The position numbers and the translations under genes were made by a program. Positions 1 to 9,957 of a DNA stretch of 64,000 nucleotides are shown one piece after another. Every line of letters starts with the position of its first letter. Position 1 is the stretch's first letter. The stretch spans positions 2,738 through 66,737 of the forward strand of contig JAZQKI010000017.1 in assembly GCA_045542075.1 (NCBI GenBank), in the 5' to 3' direction. This DNA is from Eubacteriales bacterium. Lineage in GTDB: Bacteria; Bacillota; Clostridia; Oscillospirales; CAG-272. The notes beneath the pieces are model-generated. The model worked only from the letters and a program-made list of their open reading frames with translations. It was not told where the DNA came from and made no database searches.

Positions 1-2273
1 CCCTTAAGGGACAAGAACGTGCAGTTTGAACCGATGGAATCTATGTCAAGATACTGCGCGCCGTCGATTATAGTGAATATAATCTCCTTGCCCTCTACCT
101 TGTCGTAAAGGCCGTTGTAGACCTCCGCGATAAGTGTGGGAATCGCGCCTGTTCCCTTCTTGTCAAGGGTAATGACTGTTTCGGAAAGATCTATATAGAA
201 GGTATTGGCAAGTATCTCCTCCTCGGAGGGCGCTACGGTAAACGTAAGAACGTTACTGTCTATACGTGTGTCACCGTTTGTCGCTCTTGCCTTGATCTTG
301 ATTACCGTGCCTGCTCTTACACCGCTGTTTATTACAAGCTTATTGCCGTCCATTTTCGCATATCTTGCGCTGCCTTCAAGCAATACCCAGCTTATCTGCT
401 GTGTAGCGTCTACAGGGGTCTTTTCTACGTTGATATTGACAGTGTTTCCTGCAAGGACCTGCTCTACGCCGCCCTCTGCGGATATTTCAATGGACTCGAT
501 CAATATCTCCTCGTGAAGGGGCTTGACTGTGAACTCAAGCACTTCACTTTCAACGTCGCCTGCGATCGCCTGGACCTTGATAACAGCGTCCTTTTCAGCT
601 GTATCGCTTATGACGAGTATGTTTCCTACCATCTGGGCAATTTCACCGCCCTCAAGTATAACAAATCTTACAGTGTCCGTTGTATCTCTGGGATCAACTA
701 CACAGTTAATTTCAACTCTGCTTCCCGCTATAGGATTGAGATTATCAGTGGATATGGTTACGGACTGTGCAGGCTTTGTAACTACCTCAACCTTTACTGT
801 GAACGTAAGCTCATTACTTCCTGCCTCGTCGCCGATCGCCTTTACCTTGATAACCGTTCCGTCGGGAGCCTCGTCGGATATAACGAGAGTTTTACCAACA
901 AGTGTTGCGTGATCTGCGCCCTGAGTTATGATAAGTCTTACCTCGTCGGTGTGATTTTCGGGGAGCACGTTAACGTCAATTACTATTTCATCTCCGCGAA
1001 CAACAGTGTTCTTATTTGCGGAAATGATAATGTTCTCTGCCTTGATCTCTACGTCCTCTACCTGCTTGGGCTTTACTGTGAACGTAAGAACATCGCTCTC
1101 CACATTACCCACAGTCGCCTTTACCTTGATAACTGCGTTATCGGGAGCTGTGTCCTTAACAACGAGAATGTTACCGGACATCTCAGCGTAATCGCCACCC
1201 TCGATTATTACCCAGCTCATTACGTCTGTTGTATCGGAGGGATTTATTCTGTAGTCAATAGTAACAGTCTGTCCCGCAAGAGGTGTGAGGTTGAGCGCAT
1301 CAATGGTTATGGACTGCGCGGGCTTGGGCTCCTGTATTACCTTGAAGGTAAGCTCATTGACACTTACAGTAGTACCTGCGCTTGCCTCAACCTTTATAGT
1401 TGTGCCAACGGGAGTGCCTGCTTTTATCTTCAATACGTTTCCTATGATCTCAGCATAGTCCTCGCCCTCTACGATGTAAAATGCCACGTCATCTGTGATG
1501 ACCGCGGGCTCGGTAACTGCCGAAAGGATAACGCTGGTGTTTTCAAACAAATTATACTTTTCAGCGGAAATCGTAACCTTCGTAGCCTTGATCTCGTCAG
1601 TTGCGGACTTGACCGTAAGCACGAGCTCGTTACTTTCAACATCCTCAAATGTAGCCTTGAGCTTGATCACATCTCCTACGGATGCGTTCTCGCTTACGAC
1701 CAGCTTGTCGCCGTCCATTGTCGCGATATCAGAGCCCTCTGTTATGGTCCAGCTGATGGGCTGTGTTGCATCGGAGGGATCAAGCACCTTTGTTATTGTG
1801 ACGCTCTGACCCGCTACGGGCTTTGTCGTCTCTGCGGAAATTGTGATAGAGTTCAGCGGAACACTGACCGTGATGGTTATCGTGTTGGAGGTCGATGCTC
1901 CTTCCTTTGCCTGCACCTCTATCTTTGCTCCGTCGGGAGCTGTACTGCGCACGGTGAGAGTGTTGCCGATTATTCCGGCATAGTCCGCACCGCTGACAAT
2001 GATAAACTCAGTATCCTCGGAGGGAATGTCCTCCTGACCCTCAGCCTTGAGCACTGCGGAAAGTATTACCTTGTCTCCGCGACCTACGTTTGTCTTGTCT
2101 GCGCTGAGGTGAAGTGTGTAAACAACCTTATCCGTAGGCTTTTCATTGGGTGTAGATGGATTTTCTGATGGCTTGCTACCGTCGTTGTTGTTATTGTCAC
2201 AAGCGACAAAACATGACGAAAGTAACGCAAGTGCTACTATAAGGACCAGTATCCTTTTAAGTACCTTTTTCAT
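1..2273 (-). CDS. Surface lipoprotein with tandem bacterial Ig-like (Big_2-type) repeats. The 3' end runs off the window (partial, more than 757 aa).
   Basis: Absent from the ORF track because there is no stop inside the window. Manual translation from the ATG at 2273-2271 (AAGGAGA RBS upstream) gives MKKVLKRILVLIVALALLSSCFVAC (lipobox), an N/P/S-rich linker, then repeated ~85-aa units (..GD.V.L.A...P.D.T..V.W.I..G...A.I.G..L.V...A..G..I.V.A). I checked the frame at ~1000 and ~250 and it stays open to base 1. The 551-aa + strand ORF 513..2168 is its low-complexity shadow. Confidence 0.85.
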   Translation of the reverse strand, partial: MKKVLKRILVLIVALALLSSCFVACDNNNNDGSKPSENPSTPNEKPTDKVVYTLHLSADKTNVGRGDKVILSAVLKAEGQEDIPSEDTEFIIVSGADYAGIIGNTLTVRSTAPDGAKIEVQAKEGASTSNTITITVSVPLNSITISAETTKPVAGQSVTITKVLDPSDATQPISWTITEGSDIATMDGDKLVVSENASVGDVIKLKATFEDVESNELVLTVKSATDEIKATKVTISAEKYNLFENTSVILSAVTEPAVITDDVAFYIVEGEDYAEIIGNVLKIKAGTPVGTTIKVEASAGTTVSVNELTFKVIQEPKPAQSITIDALNLTPLAGQTVTIDYRINPSDTTDVMSWVIIEGGDYAEMSGNILVVKDTAPDNAVIKVKATVGNVESDVLTFTVKPKQVEDVEIKAENIIISANKNTVVRGDEIVIDVNVLPENHTDEVRLIITQGADHATLVGKTLVISDEAPDGTVIKVKAIGDEAGSNELTFTVKVEVVTKPAQSVTISTDNLNPIAGSRVEINCVVDPRDTTDTVRFVILEGGEIAQMVGNILVISDTAEKDAVIKVQAIAGDVESEVLEFTVKPLHEEILIESIEISAEGGVEQVLAGNTVNINVEKTPVDATQQISWVLLEGSARYAKMDGNKLVINSGVRAGTVIKIKARATNGDTRIDSNVLTFTVAPSEEEILANTFYIDLSETVITLDKKGTGAIPTLIAEVYNGLYDKVEGKEIIFTIIDGAQYLDIDSIGSNCTFLSLK

Positions 2274-2331
2274 AAAAACATCTCCTTTGATCTTCTTTTT
2301 TTGGTTTATGCTAAGCCATAAGGCTAAAACA

Positions 2332-3255
2332 TCAGTTTGAATTCAAGCCAAATTTAATATCGGCAGTTATTGTCTCGCCGTTCTGATATACGGCAGATAT
2401 TCTGACTGTTACAGTTCCTCTCTTGCTCAGGGTAAGAACTCCGCCTTCAAGAGTCGCTCTGTCCATTCCGCCAATTATCTCCATTTTTACGGAGGCGGGA
2501 TCTATTCCCTCCTCAAGCCAGAGCATACTCATAATGTCGATAACGCTTCTTGCGGAAACGTGTACGTCAGAGGAATTCTTGACTATATCGGGGTCGTTTT
2601 CAATGTCAAAATATATAGGAGGCTTGCCGTCAAGAACGGTCACAACACATGTGTCCGTCTTCTCGCCAAGAACTGTGGTAACGGTTATGGTGGCTGTACC
2701 GACTCCGCGTGCCGTTATCTTTCCGTTTACGTCAACCGATACAACATCGGGATTGTCCGAAGCATACGTTACGCTTCTGTCAAGTGAAACGGGCGCATCC
2801 ACCTCTGCCTTAAGAGTATGCGTCTGTGTAACCTTAAGTGATAACGTCTCGGGGATCAGATATACCGCAAAGGGTACGTCCGCCGTTACAGTAACCTTAA
2901 GAACAGCTATGATTCCGCTGTCGTCAGTCTTGACCGATACAGTCGTCGAGCCCCAGTGCACTCCCGTGATAACACCGTTCTTATCGACAGTGCATATCGA
3001 TTCGTCCGCGGACGAATACGTGACCTTTTGATTGGTCGCGCCCTTTGGCTCAATATTTATTATGGTTTCCTTGGTCTTGCCCTGAGCGACCTTAAACTCC
3101 TTGTCCGAGCCGTAGGATTCTCCGAGTCTGTCCACGAATTCTACCGTCTCGACGGGGATATATTCGACCTGCGCCAATATCCATCCCGCAAAAGCGATCA
3201 CCACGAGCAGAACTATGGGCAACACCGCAAGTATTATCAATATGGTTTTTTTCAT
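2332..3255 (-). CDS. Membrane-anchored protein with Big_2-type Ig-like domains
   Basis: ORF 2332..3288; I prefer the ATG at 3255 (MKKTILIILAVLPIVLLVVIAFAGW signal anchor). The track start at 3288 is TTG. Big_2-like segments are present: SSADESICTVDKNGVITGVHWGSTTVSV and ASDNPDVVSVDVNGKITARGVGTATITV. Confidence 0.8.
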   Translation of the reverse strand: MKKTILIILAVLPIVLLVVIAFAGWILAQVEYIPVETVEFVDRLGESYGSDKEFKVAQGKTKETIINIEPKGATNQKVTYSSADESICTVDKNGVITGVHWGSTTVSVKTDDSGIIAVLKVTVTADVPFAVYLIPETLSLKVTQTHTLKAEVDAPVSLDRSVTYASDNPDVVSVDVNGKITARGVGTATITVTTVLGEKTDTCVVTVLDGKPPIYFDIENDPDIVKNSSDVHVSARSVIDIMSMLWLEEGIDPASVKMEIIGGMDRATLEGGVLTLSKRGTVTVRISAVYQNGETITADIKFGLNSN

Positions 3256-3313
3256 TTTATGGATATACCTTTCTGAACGGGGAGACAAAGGATGCGCCTC
3301 GCCGATAAATAAC

Positions 3314-4918
3314 TCACATTTCTATCCTGTCGTAATTATGGTTTATTCTCAAAATCAGATTGACCACTCTGTTGAGCATGTAGATAAACGCGCCGATAAT
3401 TATCACAAGATACGGCAAAAGCTTATTTTCAACACCCGACATGAGCATTACTACCATTCCCATTACAAATCCTATGATCAATCCGACGATAAGGCACTTT
3501 GTCGTGCTCTTGCTGACTGTGGATGCCTCCTCGTCTCCCTGCGCGCTGATGGTCGGATTCTTGACGTCACAGCTGATACAGTACGCGATGTGGCCGACAG
3601 CCGCCATTGCTACCGCAACGCTTCCGAGAAGTATCTCCCACGCGGGATACAGGAACATGGATATTATCGCCGTGATAATTATCGCTCCGACGGTGAATAC
3701 TCCGTTGAACGAGAATTTTACAAGCATTTGTGTGAAAAAGTCAACGGGAATAGTCTTTGACGTGTGGAAATTGCCTCCGTCTCTCGACACCGCAGATGCG
3801 GACGAGATATTGGAAAGCATAGCAAGTATGGCAACCACCATAACGTGCGCTCCCGCTATCATTTTAGGTCCCGCCGAATTATTGGTAGCCACCGTCATAA
3901 GCAGTTTATCGTAGGAAAATACTATAAACGGCATAAGAATAGTGAAAAGGAAATACTCAAATATCTCCGCGCTTGAGCGGAATACACAGAAAAGCTCCTT
4001 TTGGAAGAGGCTGGCAAAGCGGCTTCTGCTCTTGAATTTTTTGACCTTGGGCTTTACCTTGACCGTGTTCTCTATGCTCGACATAGCGATCTTGAAGAAC
4101 AAGCGTCTTGTAAAGAGTATGGCAACAGCCGCAACGGCAACGCACAGTGCTATAAATATCGGGAAATAGTACCATTCACTGAAGCTGAGCATCGCGCGGC
4201 CAAGCGGATAATACAGCGGTATCTGTTTGCCCACCGACTGAATAAACGCATTGGTCTTAATTACCGTCTCATACTGCTTTTCAACTATGTTGAATTCGCC
4301 CGCAATATTTCCTATAAGGCTCAGGTAACCCCACAGACAAGTGCAGACCAATCCAAAAATAACAACTATGGACAAAAAGGTATGCTTTTTGAGAAACCTG
4401 ATCACCCACATTATGGGAAGACTCACAAATGCCGCGATCGCTATGGGAAATACGGGCAAAAGCAGAGTGAGTATAACCAGGGAGAGATAATAGGAAACAC
4501 CAAGTCTCGCAAAGCTTCCAAGCGTAATAAATATTGGAAGTGTGATCATTGCGTTTGCGGCGATCTCCTTGATATATATCAGAAGAAGCTTTGATATAAA
4601 GAGCTGATTCGGTGTAACGGGCAGGCAAATAAGCATTTCATTATCCTTGCAAAGATAAAGAGTGTTTATTACGTTTCCCACCGCAAACACCAACGACAGC
4701 AGCTGTGTCACAATAAGGATTATTCCCAAAAGCTCAGCGTTGATAGCAAAGCCAAGGTTAAACACCCTTGAAAGTCCAAAGCTCACCGCAAGAGTGCCAA
4801 GCCCGAGTATCAGGACCGCCTTCAGCACCGCAGGGATCATGGTCTTTGGAGACGCTGCCTTAAGAATATCCGTCTTGTTATCAATCTGCATCTTCAGGAG
4901 CGACAAAATATTCTTCAT
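3314..4918 (-). CDS. Polytopic permease of a putative ABC exporter (ABC-2 / ABC_export-like)
   Basis: 534-aa ORF with many hydrophobic segments. It is separated by only 3 nt from the upstream ABC ATPase gene on the same strand. Confidence 0.7.
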   Translation of the reverse strand: MKNILSLLKMQIDNKTDILKAASPKTMIPAVLKAVLILGLGTLAVSFGLSRVFNLGFAINAELLGIILIVTQLLSLVFAVGNVINTLYLCKDNEMLICLPVTPNQLFISKLLLIYIKEIAANAMITLPIFITLGSFARLGVSYYLSLVILTLLLPVFPIAIAAFVSLPIMWVIRFLKKHTFLSIVVIFGLVCTCLWGYLSLIGNIAGEFNIVEKQYETVIKTNAFIQSVGKQIPLYYPLGRAMLSFSEWYYFPIFIALCVAVAAVAILFTRRLFFKIAMSSIENTVKVKPKVKKFKSRSRFASLFQKELFCVFRSSAEIFEYFLFTILMPFIVFSYDKLLMTVATNNSAGPKMIAGAHVMVVAILAMLSNISSASAVSRDGGNFHTSKTIPVDFFTQMLVKFSFNGVFTVGAIIITAIISMFLYPAWEILLGSVAVAMAAVGHIAYCISCDVKNPTISAQGDEEASTVSKSTTKCLIVGLIIGFVMGMVVMLMSGVENKLLPYLVIIIGAFIYMLNRVVNLILRINHNYDRIEM

Positions 4919-4921
4919 TCG

Positions 4922-5650
4922 TCACACCTCTTCTATCTCACCGATAACGTCCATAAATATCTTCTCAAGGGACTCTCCGCGCGCACGAAGCTCGTGAAGA
5001 TCATAAACTCCCTCAAGCTTACCACCCTTTATAATACAGCAACGGTCGCAAAGATTTTCAACGACGTCAAGAATATGCGTGCTGAAGAAAACCGTGTTTC
5101 CTGCTGCCGCGTGCTGTCTCATTACCTGCTTGAGCTGATAGGAGCTTTGAGGGTCAAGACCCGTAAGCGGCTCGTCAAGCACCCAGAGCTTGGGGTTGTG
5201 CACAAGCGCGGCAATAACGGATATTTTCTGCTTCATTCCGTGAGAATAGCTCTTTATAGGGTTGTTGAACGCCGCCTTGAGCTTGAAGATCTCAAGCAAT
5301 CTTTCGGTGCGCTCCTGCGCCTCCGCGGGATCGACACGGTAAAGATTTGCTATGTGATTGACGTATTCCTGTCCTGTCAGCCTCTCAAATACCGCGTGGT
5401 TGTCAGATACGTATCCTACGTTCATCTTCGCGCGAAGAGGGTCTGTCTTTATTGAAACACCGTCAATAAGTATGTCTCCCTCCTGGAAGGGATATATTCC
5501 AACAAGGCTTTTTATAGTCGTGCTCTTTCCCGCGCCGTTTGGGCCGAGAAAGCCGTATATCTCCCCCGCTTTCAGAGAAAACGACAGGTTCTCTACAGCC
5601 TTCACCTCAGAGCTTCCGTAGCTTTTCGTAAGGTTTTTGATCTCTAACAT
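4922..5650 (-). CDS. ABC transporter ATP-binding protein
   Basis: Walker A GPNGAGKST, signature-like YSHGMKQK, Walker B LWVLDEP, and an H-loop STHIL. Confidence 0.92.
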   Translation of the reverse strand: MLEIKNLTKSYGSSEVKAVENLSFSLKAGEIYGFLGPNGAGKSTTIKSLVGIYPFQEGDILIDGVSIKTDPLRAKMNVGYVSDNHAVFERLTGQEYVNHIANLYRVDPAEAQERTERLLEIFKLKAAFNNPIKSYSHGMKQKISVIAALVHNPKLWVLDEPLTGLDPQSSYQLKQVMRQHAAAGNTVFFSTHILDVVENLCDRCCIIKGGKLEGVYDLHELRARGESLEKIFMDVIGEIEEV

Positions 5651-5665
5651 GTGAGATTCTCCTTT

Positions 5666-7105
5666 TTAGTCAATATAATATCTTGGATATCTGGATTTCT
5701 TTTTGGTTATTTTCTCAAGCAGATCTATTGCGGATTCGCGCTGCTCAAGCCAATCCTCCTCAAGTCTGTCGAACAGCTTGGCTAAAAGGAAGAAAAGCAT
5801 ACAAAGTGCCGAGAAGCCTGCATACACAACAACATACACCAGCGGGTAAACAATATATTTTCCTCCGCCCAGCACAAAGGAATAATTTTCCACAAATCTA
5901 AGGAACGGGAAATAGTCCTCAAAGGCAAGCTTGAAGTTAAACATATAGAACCAGTTTACCTTCGGATGGGCAGTGCCGTTCAGATCTCCGTTTATAATTA
6001 CTCCAAGCACGTAGCACAGGGTTACATATATCGTAAATCCGACAAAGAAATATCCTATACTCTTCTTTGATAATTTGGGGAAGATCCTGAGTGCTATCAG
6101 CATAATGGGAATTAAAAGCACCAACGAGTGCTGGTAAAGGAAATGTACGTTCCAGAATCCCATATGTCCTACTCCAAAATTGGGGACCGCAATAGCGAAC
6201 AGTGTTCCAAGCGTATTGGCGATAAAGCAGAAATGAAACAGCTTTTTCGACTTCAGCATGAACGCAATAAGATATAAGTACGTTGCCAGATTGCAAAGGT
6301 CAAGAGGCAATCTGTTAAGGGTAAGACCCATAAGATAAAGCGAATTATAATGGAAGAACAGCACGAGCACAAAGAACATTGATACCGTATATCTTTCCTC
6401 GTAGCTGCGGAAACGGAATACGTAGTAGATCACTATAATTGCCAGTATGGTGACAGCTATCCATATCAGGTGATACGAGCTGAACCATTCGGGAATTTTC
6501 ATATCCGTTCCGAAAAATGCCTGAGGAGCATACGCGGGCATGGTTACAAGCAGTGCCGCGGGAAGTCCCAACAGGTAGCTTGCCCATTCCTTGCCGCTCT
6601 TGAAATTGAACAAATGCTTCTCACTGATATGCAATATTATCGGGATCGCAAACGCCAGAGCGAGCTCGAAAATAAAATATGCGTATCTGAAGGTAGGATC
6701 GAGGTGATATCCCTTTCCCTCGGGGGCAAGGAAATATTCCATATAATCGTTAAAGAATACGGTGGAAAGCACCGTAAATGGCAACGAAAAATATCCTGCC
6801 ATGTTTTTGAAGAAGCGTCCGCTGCAGAACACCGCCACGGGCAAAACCGCATAGTTGGTAAAATATCCCCAGCGCAGTATTATCTGAAGTATGTCCGTTT
6901 GCTCATAACGAACTCCCTCATACCAACCGCCGTTGATAGCGAATATTATCGCGTCCGAAAGGAAAAAGCGAAAGAATCCAACCGCGCAGAAAACAAGAGT
7001 CAATATCTTGAGCGCAACAGTTCTCATATTTTCTTTTTTTCGGAATAGCAGCAGCACAAGCGCGGCTATAAGTGCGCCGCATAAAAAAACTATCGCTTGA
7101 TACAT
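5666..7105 (-). CDS. Polytopic membrane protein; the C-terminal half resembles the YwaF/TIGR02206 (TMEM164-like) family
   Basis: 479 aa with more than 10 predicted TM segments. Contains an NRLPLDLCNLATYLYL motif comparable to LLPLFLCSIQLI in the 56046..56816 paralog. The family assignment is from memory of the LPLxLC motif. Confidence 0.6.
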   Translation of the reverse strand: MYQAIVFLCGALIAALVLLLFRKKENMRTVALKILTLVFCAVGFFRFFLSDAIIFAINGGWYEGVRYEQTDILQIILRWGYFTNYAVLPVAVFCSGRFFKNMAGYFSLPFTVLSTVFFNDYMEYFLAPEGKGYHLDPTFRYAYFIFELALAFAIPIILHISEKHLFNFKSGKEWASYLLGLPAALLVTMPAYAPQAFFGTDMKIPEWFSSYHLIWIAVTILAIIVIYYVFRFRSYEERYTVSMFFVLVLFFHYNSLYLMGLTLNRLPLDLCNLATYLYLIAFMLKSKKLFHFCFIANTLGTLFAIAVPNFGVGHMGFWNVHFLYQHSLVLLIPIMLIALRIFPKLSKKSIGYFFVGFTIYVTLCYVLGVIINGDLNGTAHPKVNWFYMFNFKLAFEDYFPFLRFVENYSFVLGGGKYIVYPLVYVVVYAGFSALCMLFFLLAKLFDRLEEDWLEQRESAIDLLEKITKKKSRYPRYYID

Positions 7106-7262
7106 AAAATCTCCCTTAAACGCTCCGCAGATATGTGTGTATGATCCGACATAGCGTTGATAACATTAGATGAAGAGTCGAGGGTTGCCGTGAGACCCTG
7201 GCATGAGCGTGTGATTGAAGACACATTTGCGCCCAAGACCACAAATCCCCATTGTTCGCGTC

Positions 7263-7291
7263 ATTATATCATACTTCGACAGAAATGTCAA
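7263..7291 (-). promoter_or_regulatory. Sigma-70-type promoter for the 5666..7105 gene (TTGACA-17-TATAAT), leaving a ~150-nt leader
   Basis: The reverse complement reads TTGACAtttctgtcgaagtatgaTATAAT. Confidence 0.6.
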
Positions 7292-7609
7292 CCCATTCAC
7301 CCCTGTCCAATTTGTGGAAAACGACCAACAATCTATTTTTTAGTTGTGCAAAACCTACAAAAGGCATGTCTTTGTTTTGTGTTTTATAGAGAATATACTG
7401 CCCATTGGATTTACAAAACTAAACAAATTACGTCATTTTCTATAATCTTCCAATTAATGATCCCGCCTTTTTTCAACCCAAACAACAAAAAACATCCCGC
7501 AACATCAACTTGCCGAATTTTTCTACAAATCCTATAAATTTTTTCTTCCGCTCATTTTCTCTACCTATTATATAGTCGACATAAATATATAAAAGGTTAC
7601 ACATAAGCG

Positions 7610-7649
7610 AAAAAAAGAGCTTGAGTGCGGTACACTCAAGCTCTTTTTT
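7610..7649. terminator. Intrinsic terminator downstream of acpP
   Basis: aaaagagcttgagtg-cggta-cactcaagctctttt: a 15-bp stem flanked by A and T runs. Confidence 0.75.
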
Positions 7650-7656
7650 GTGTTTC

Positions 7657-7878
7657 TCAGGCGCGGGCTTCAAGAAATCTGCAAACGTCTCCAACGGTGA
7701 CAAACTTCACAGGCTCTGTGAATCTGAAGCCAAACGCCGCCTCAATCTCCATAGCGAAAAGCATCATGGCGAGCGAATCAAGGCCGAGATCCTCTATAAG
7801 TCTTGTGTCCTCCGTCACGGAGTCCATATCTATTTCCCTGTTTACCCTTGCGAGTATGGTTTTAAGCTGTTCAAGCAT
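7657..7878 (-). CDS. acpP: Acyl carrier protein
   Basis: 73 aa with an EDLGLDSL phosphopantetheine-attachment motif. Acidic, of typical ACP length. Confidence 0.9.
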   Translation of the reverse strand: MLEQLKTILARVNREIDMDSVTEDTRLIEDLGLDSLAMMLFAMEIEAAFGFRFTEPVKFVTVGDVCRFLEARA

Positions 7879-7894
7879 ATAATTTCTCCTTGTT

Positions 7895-9043
7895 TTACGC
7901 TTCCGTCCCGGTAGCGATATTTTTTATATACGAGCGGCGGCGCTTGTGCTGCTCCGCATCAAAATATTTCCATTGAGCCATTACCTGAGTGTTTGTCTCA
8001 AGATTGAGATTGGTCTCAAAATATTCTATATCACCGCTCTCAAGCATTTCCATCATGCAATTAAGCATGACCGCATTAACTCCCGCAGGTCTGTATTCGG
8101 GAAGTACCGCAACAAGAGCCAGGTCAACGACGTTGGGATGATTGACCTCGTTCAGAAGCTTGACGACCGTTGCGGGCGTCAGACGTCCCCCTCTCTTTTG
8201 CAGGGATTTTCCGAAGCCGGGAATACAAAGCGCAAAGGCTACGACCTTATCATTTTCATCACAAAGGACCATAAGATATTTCTTGTTGATCACCAGCATA
8301 AATTGATCGACAAGCTGGGCCTTCATTCTTTCCGTAAACGGAACCGTTCCGTACAGATGGCTGTAGCACTTGTCCAGACAATCAAAAATACCGTCCTTAT
8401 ATCTGTCTATGTACTCCTTTTTGGACATTTTATCCGAGTCCACAATGTGAAGATTACTAAGCTCAAGCGCACGCTGCGCAACCTTGCCAAGCATAATATT
8501 TTTTTCCTTGGGCGCGCGGATACGGAATTCAAGCCAGTCTATCTCCTTTGAGTATCCGCAGGCTTCAATCAGCGCGGGATAGTAATCGTAATTGTACTGC
8601 TCCTCAAAGGTTGAGAGCTTGTCAAAGCCCTCAATAAGCAGTCCTTCTCGCTCAAGATCGCTGTATCCGAGCGGTCCGCAGACTGTATCAAGTCCGTTGT
8701 CAATACCCCATTTTTCAACCGCGCCAAAAAGCGCTTTTGCGACGTCAACATCATCTATTGCGTCAAAACGGGAAAAGCGAAGTCTCTTTTCATGGTGTAT
8801 CTCATTAAACTGATTCTGTATGATTCCCTGAATACGTCCGACCGTCTTGCCATCCATCTCTGCAAGGTAAAAGACCGAATCACAGGTGTCCGCATAGGCA
8901 TTTTTGTCTGTGAAAATGGTCATTTCGTCTCCGTAAAGCGGCGGAACGAAATACGGACATTCCTTATAAAGCGTGAGCGGAAAGCTCACAAACTCACGTC
9001 GCTGCGCTCTTGTCTTAACTTCAATGATTTTTATATTGCTCAT
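7895..9043 (-). CDS. GNAT-fold acyltransferase-like protein of unknown function (~380 aa)
   Basis: ORF 7895..9058; I prefer the ATG at 9043 (GGAGG RBS; MSNIKIIEVKT..). Conserved-looking blocks: FPLTLYKECPYFVPPLYGDE, GPLGYSDLEREGLLIEGFD, FEEQYNYDYY. I recognise this as the widespread ~380-aa family usually annotated N-acetyltransferase. The substrate is unknown. Confidence 0.6.
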   Translation of the reverse strand: MSNIKIIEVKTRAQRREFVSFPLTLYKECPYFVPPLYGDEMTIFTDKNAYADTCDSVFYLAEMDGKTVGRIQGIIQNQFNEIHHEKRLRFSRFDAIDDVDVAKALFGAVEKWGIDNGLDTVCGPLGYSDLEREGLLIEGFDKLSTFEEQYNYDYYPALIEACGYSKEIDWLEFRIRAPKEKNIMLGKVAQRALELSNLHIVDSDKMSKKEYIDRYKDGIFDCLDKCYSHLYGTVPFTERMKAQLVDQFMLVINKKYLMVLCDENDKVVAFALCIPGFGKSLQKRGGRLTPATVVKLLNEVNHPNVVDLALVAVLPEYRPAGVNAVMLNCMMEMLESGDIEYFETNLNLETNTQVMAQWKYFDAEQHKRRRSYIKNIATGTEA

Positions 9044-9054
9044 AATTCCTCCGT

Positions 9055-9957
9055 TCATTCAAGGGGCTCATCCTCGCGTCTGATAAACGCGATTCCGTAT
9101 CCTGCAAGCCAGGGCCCCGTGTGCGCGCCGCTGACAGGAGAAACTATCATAGGCTCATGGTTTGTCTGAAGTCCGTGCTTTTCCTCTATCTCCGCAAGCT
9201 CACCCATAAGCGATGGACCTGTGTACATCTTCCAGAGAATATAATCCTCGGGCGAGCGGTCGCCGATGATATCCTTGACTATGCTGCACGTCTGGTTGAG
9301 TGCCTTCTTTTGAGTTCTTACACTCTGCATGGAGCATATTTCTCCCTCGTGAGAAAAATGTAAAATGGGACAAATACTCAGCATCTTACCCATAAGCGCC
9401 TTACCGCCCTTGAGTCTGCCATTGTAAATAAGGTAGTCAAGCTTTCCCACAACGCCGATAAACTCCTGGCGCTCCATCATCCAATGTATCTCTTTTACAA
9501 TTGTCTCTGTGGGAACCCCCTTCTCTATCATCTCCGCCGCCTTGATCGCGAGCAAGCCCTCGCCAAAGCAAGCTATTTTTGAGTCAATGACCGTTACCTT
9601 GAGCCTGCCCGCATATTCCTCGCCGATAAGACGTATCAGATTGTACGTTCCGCCGAGATATGCGCTGAGCGCGATAACTATGACCTCCTCGTATCCGTCC
9701 TCAATAGCCTTGTCAAATGCAGCCATTATTGACTCTCTCGTGGGCATAGCGGTGCTTGGGAGATTGCTTTTGGGGTCTTCCATAGTCTCAAGCTCATTAT
9801 AAAATTCTACGGGGTTAAGGTCATATCCCTCAAGGTATTCCCTACCCTTAAAATTCACGTGAATGCGTATAATATCAATGTCATACTTCTTGTATCTCTC
9901 AGGGGCGTAATCAAGACATCCCGTAGAAGTACACATAACCTTTCTGTTGCCTGCCAT
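9055..9957 (-). CDS. DegV family fatty-acid-binding protein (FakB-type)
   Basis: 300 aa with typical DegV organisation (..IIRIHVNFKGREYLEGYDL.. / ..ALSAYLGGTYN..). The start overlaps the plsX stop (TAATG). Confidence 0.85.
   Translation of the reverse strand: MAGNRKVMCTSTGCLDYAPERYKKYDIDIIRIHVNFKGREYLEGYDLNPVEFYNELETMEDPKSNLPSTAMPTRESIMAAFDKAIEDGYEEVIVIALSAYLGGTYNLIRLIGEEYAGRLKVTVIDSKIACFGEGLLAIKAAEMIEKGVPTETIVKEIHWMMERQEFIGVVGKLDYLIYNGRLKGGKALMGKMLSICPILHFSHEGEICSMQSVRTQKKALNQTCSIVKDIIGDRSPEDYILWKMYTGPSLMGELAEIEEKHGLQTNHEPMIVSPVSGAHTGPWLAGYGIAFIRREDEPLE

Noticed and set aside
513-2168. 551-aa + strand ORF (plus nested ORFs 205..516, 523..912, 1006..1191, 1495..1809)
   Set aside because: Its composition is Cys/Tyr/Leu-rich with no motifs. 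It lies exactly antisense to a much better minus-strand gene (lipobox plus Big_2 repeats) that the ORF track omits only because it has no stop inside the window.
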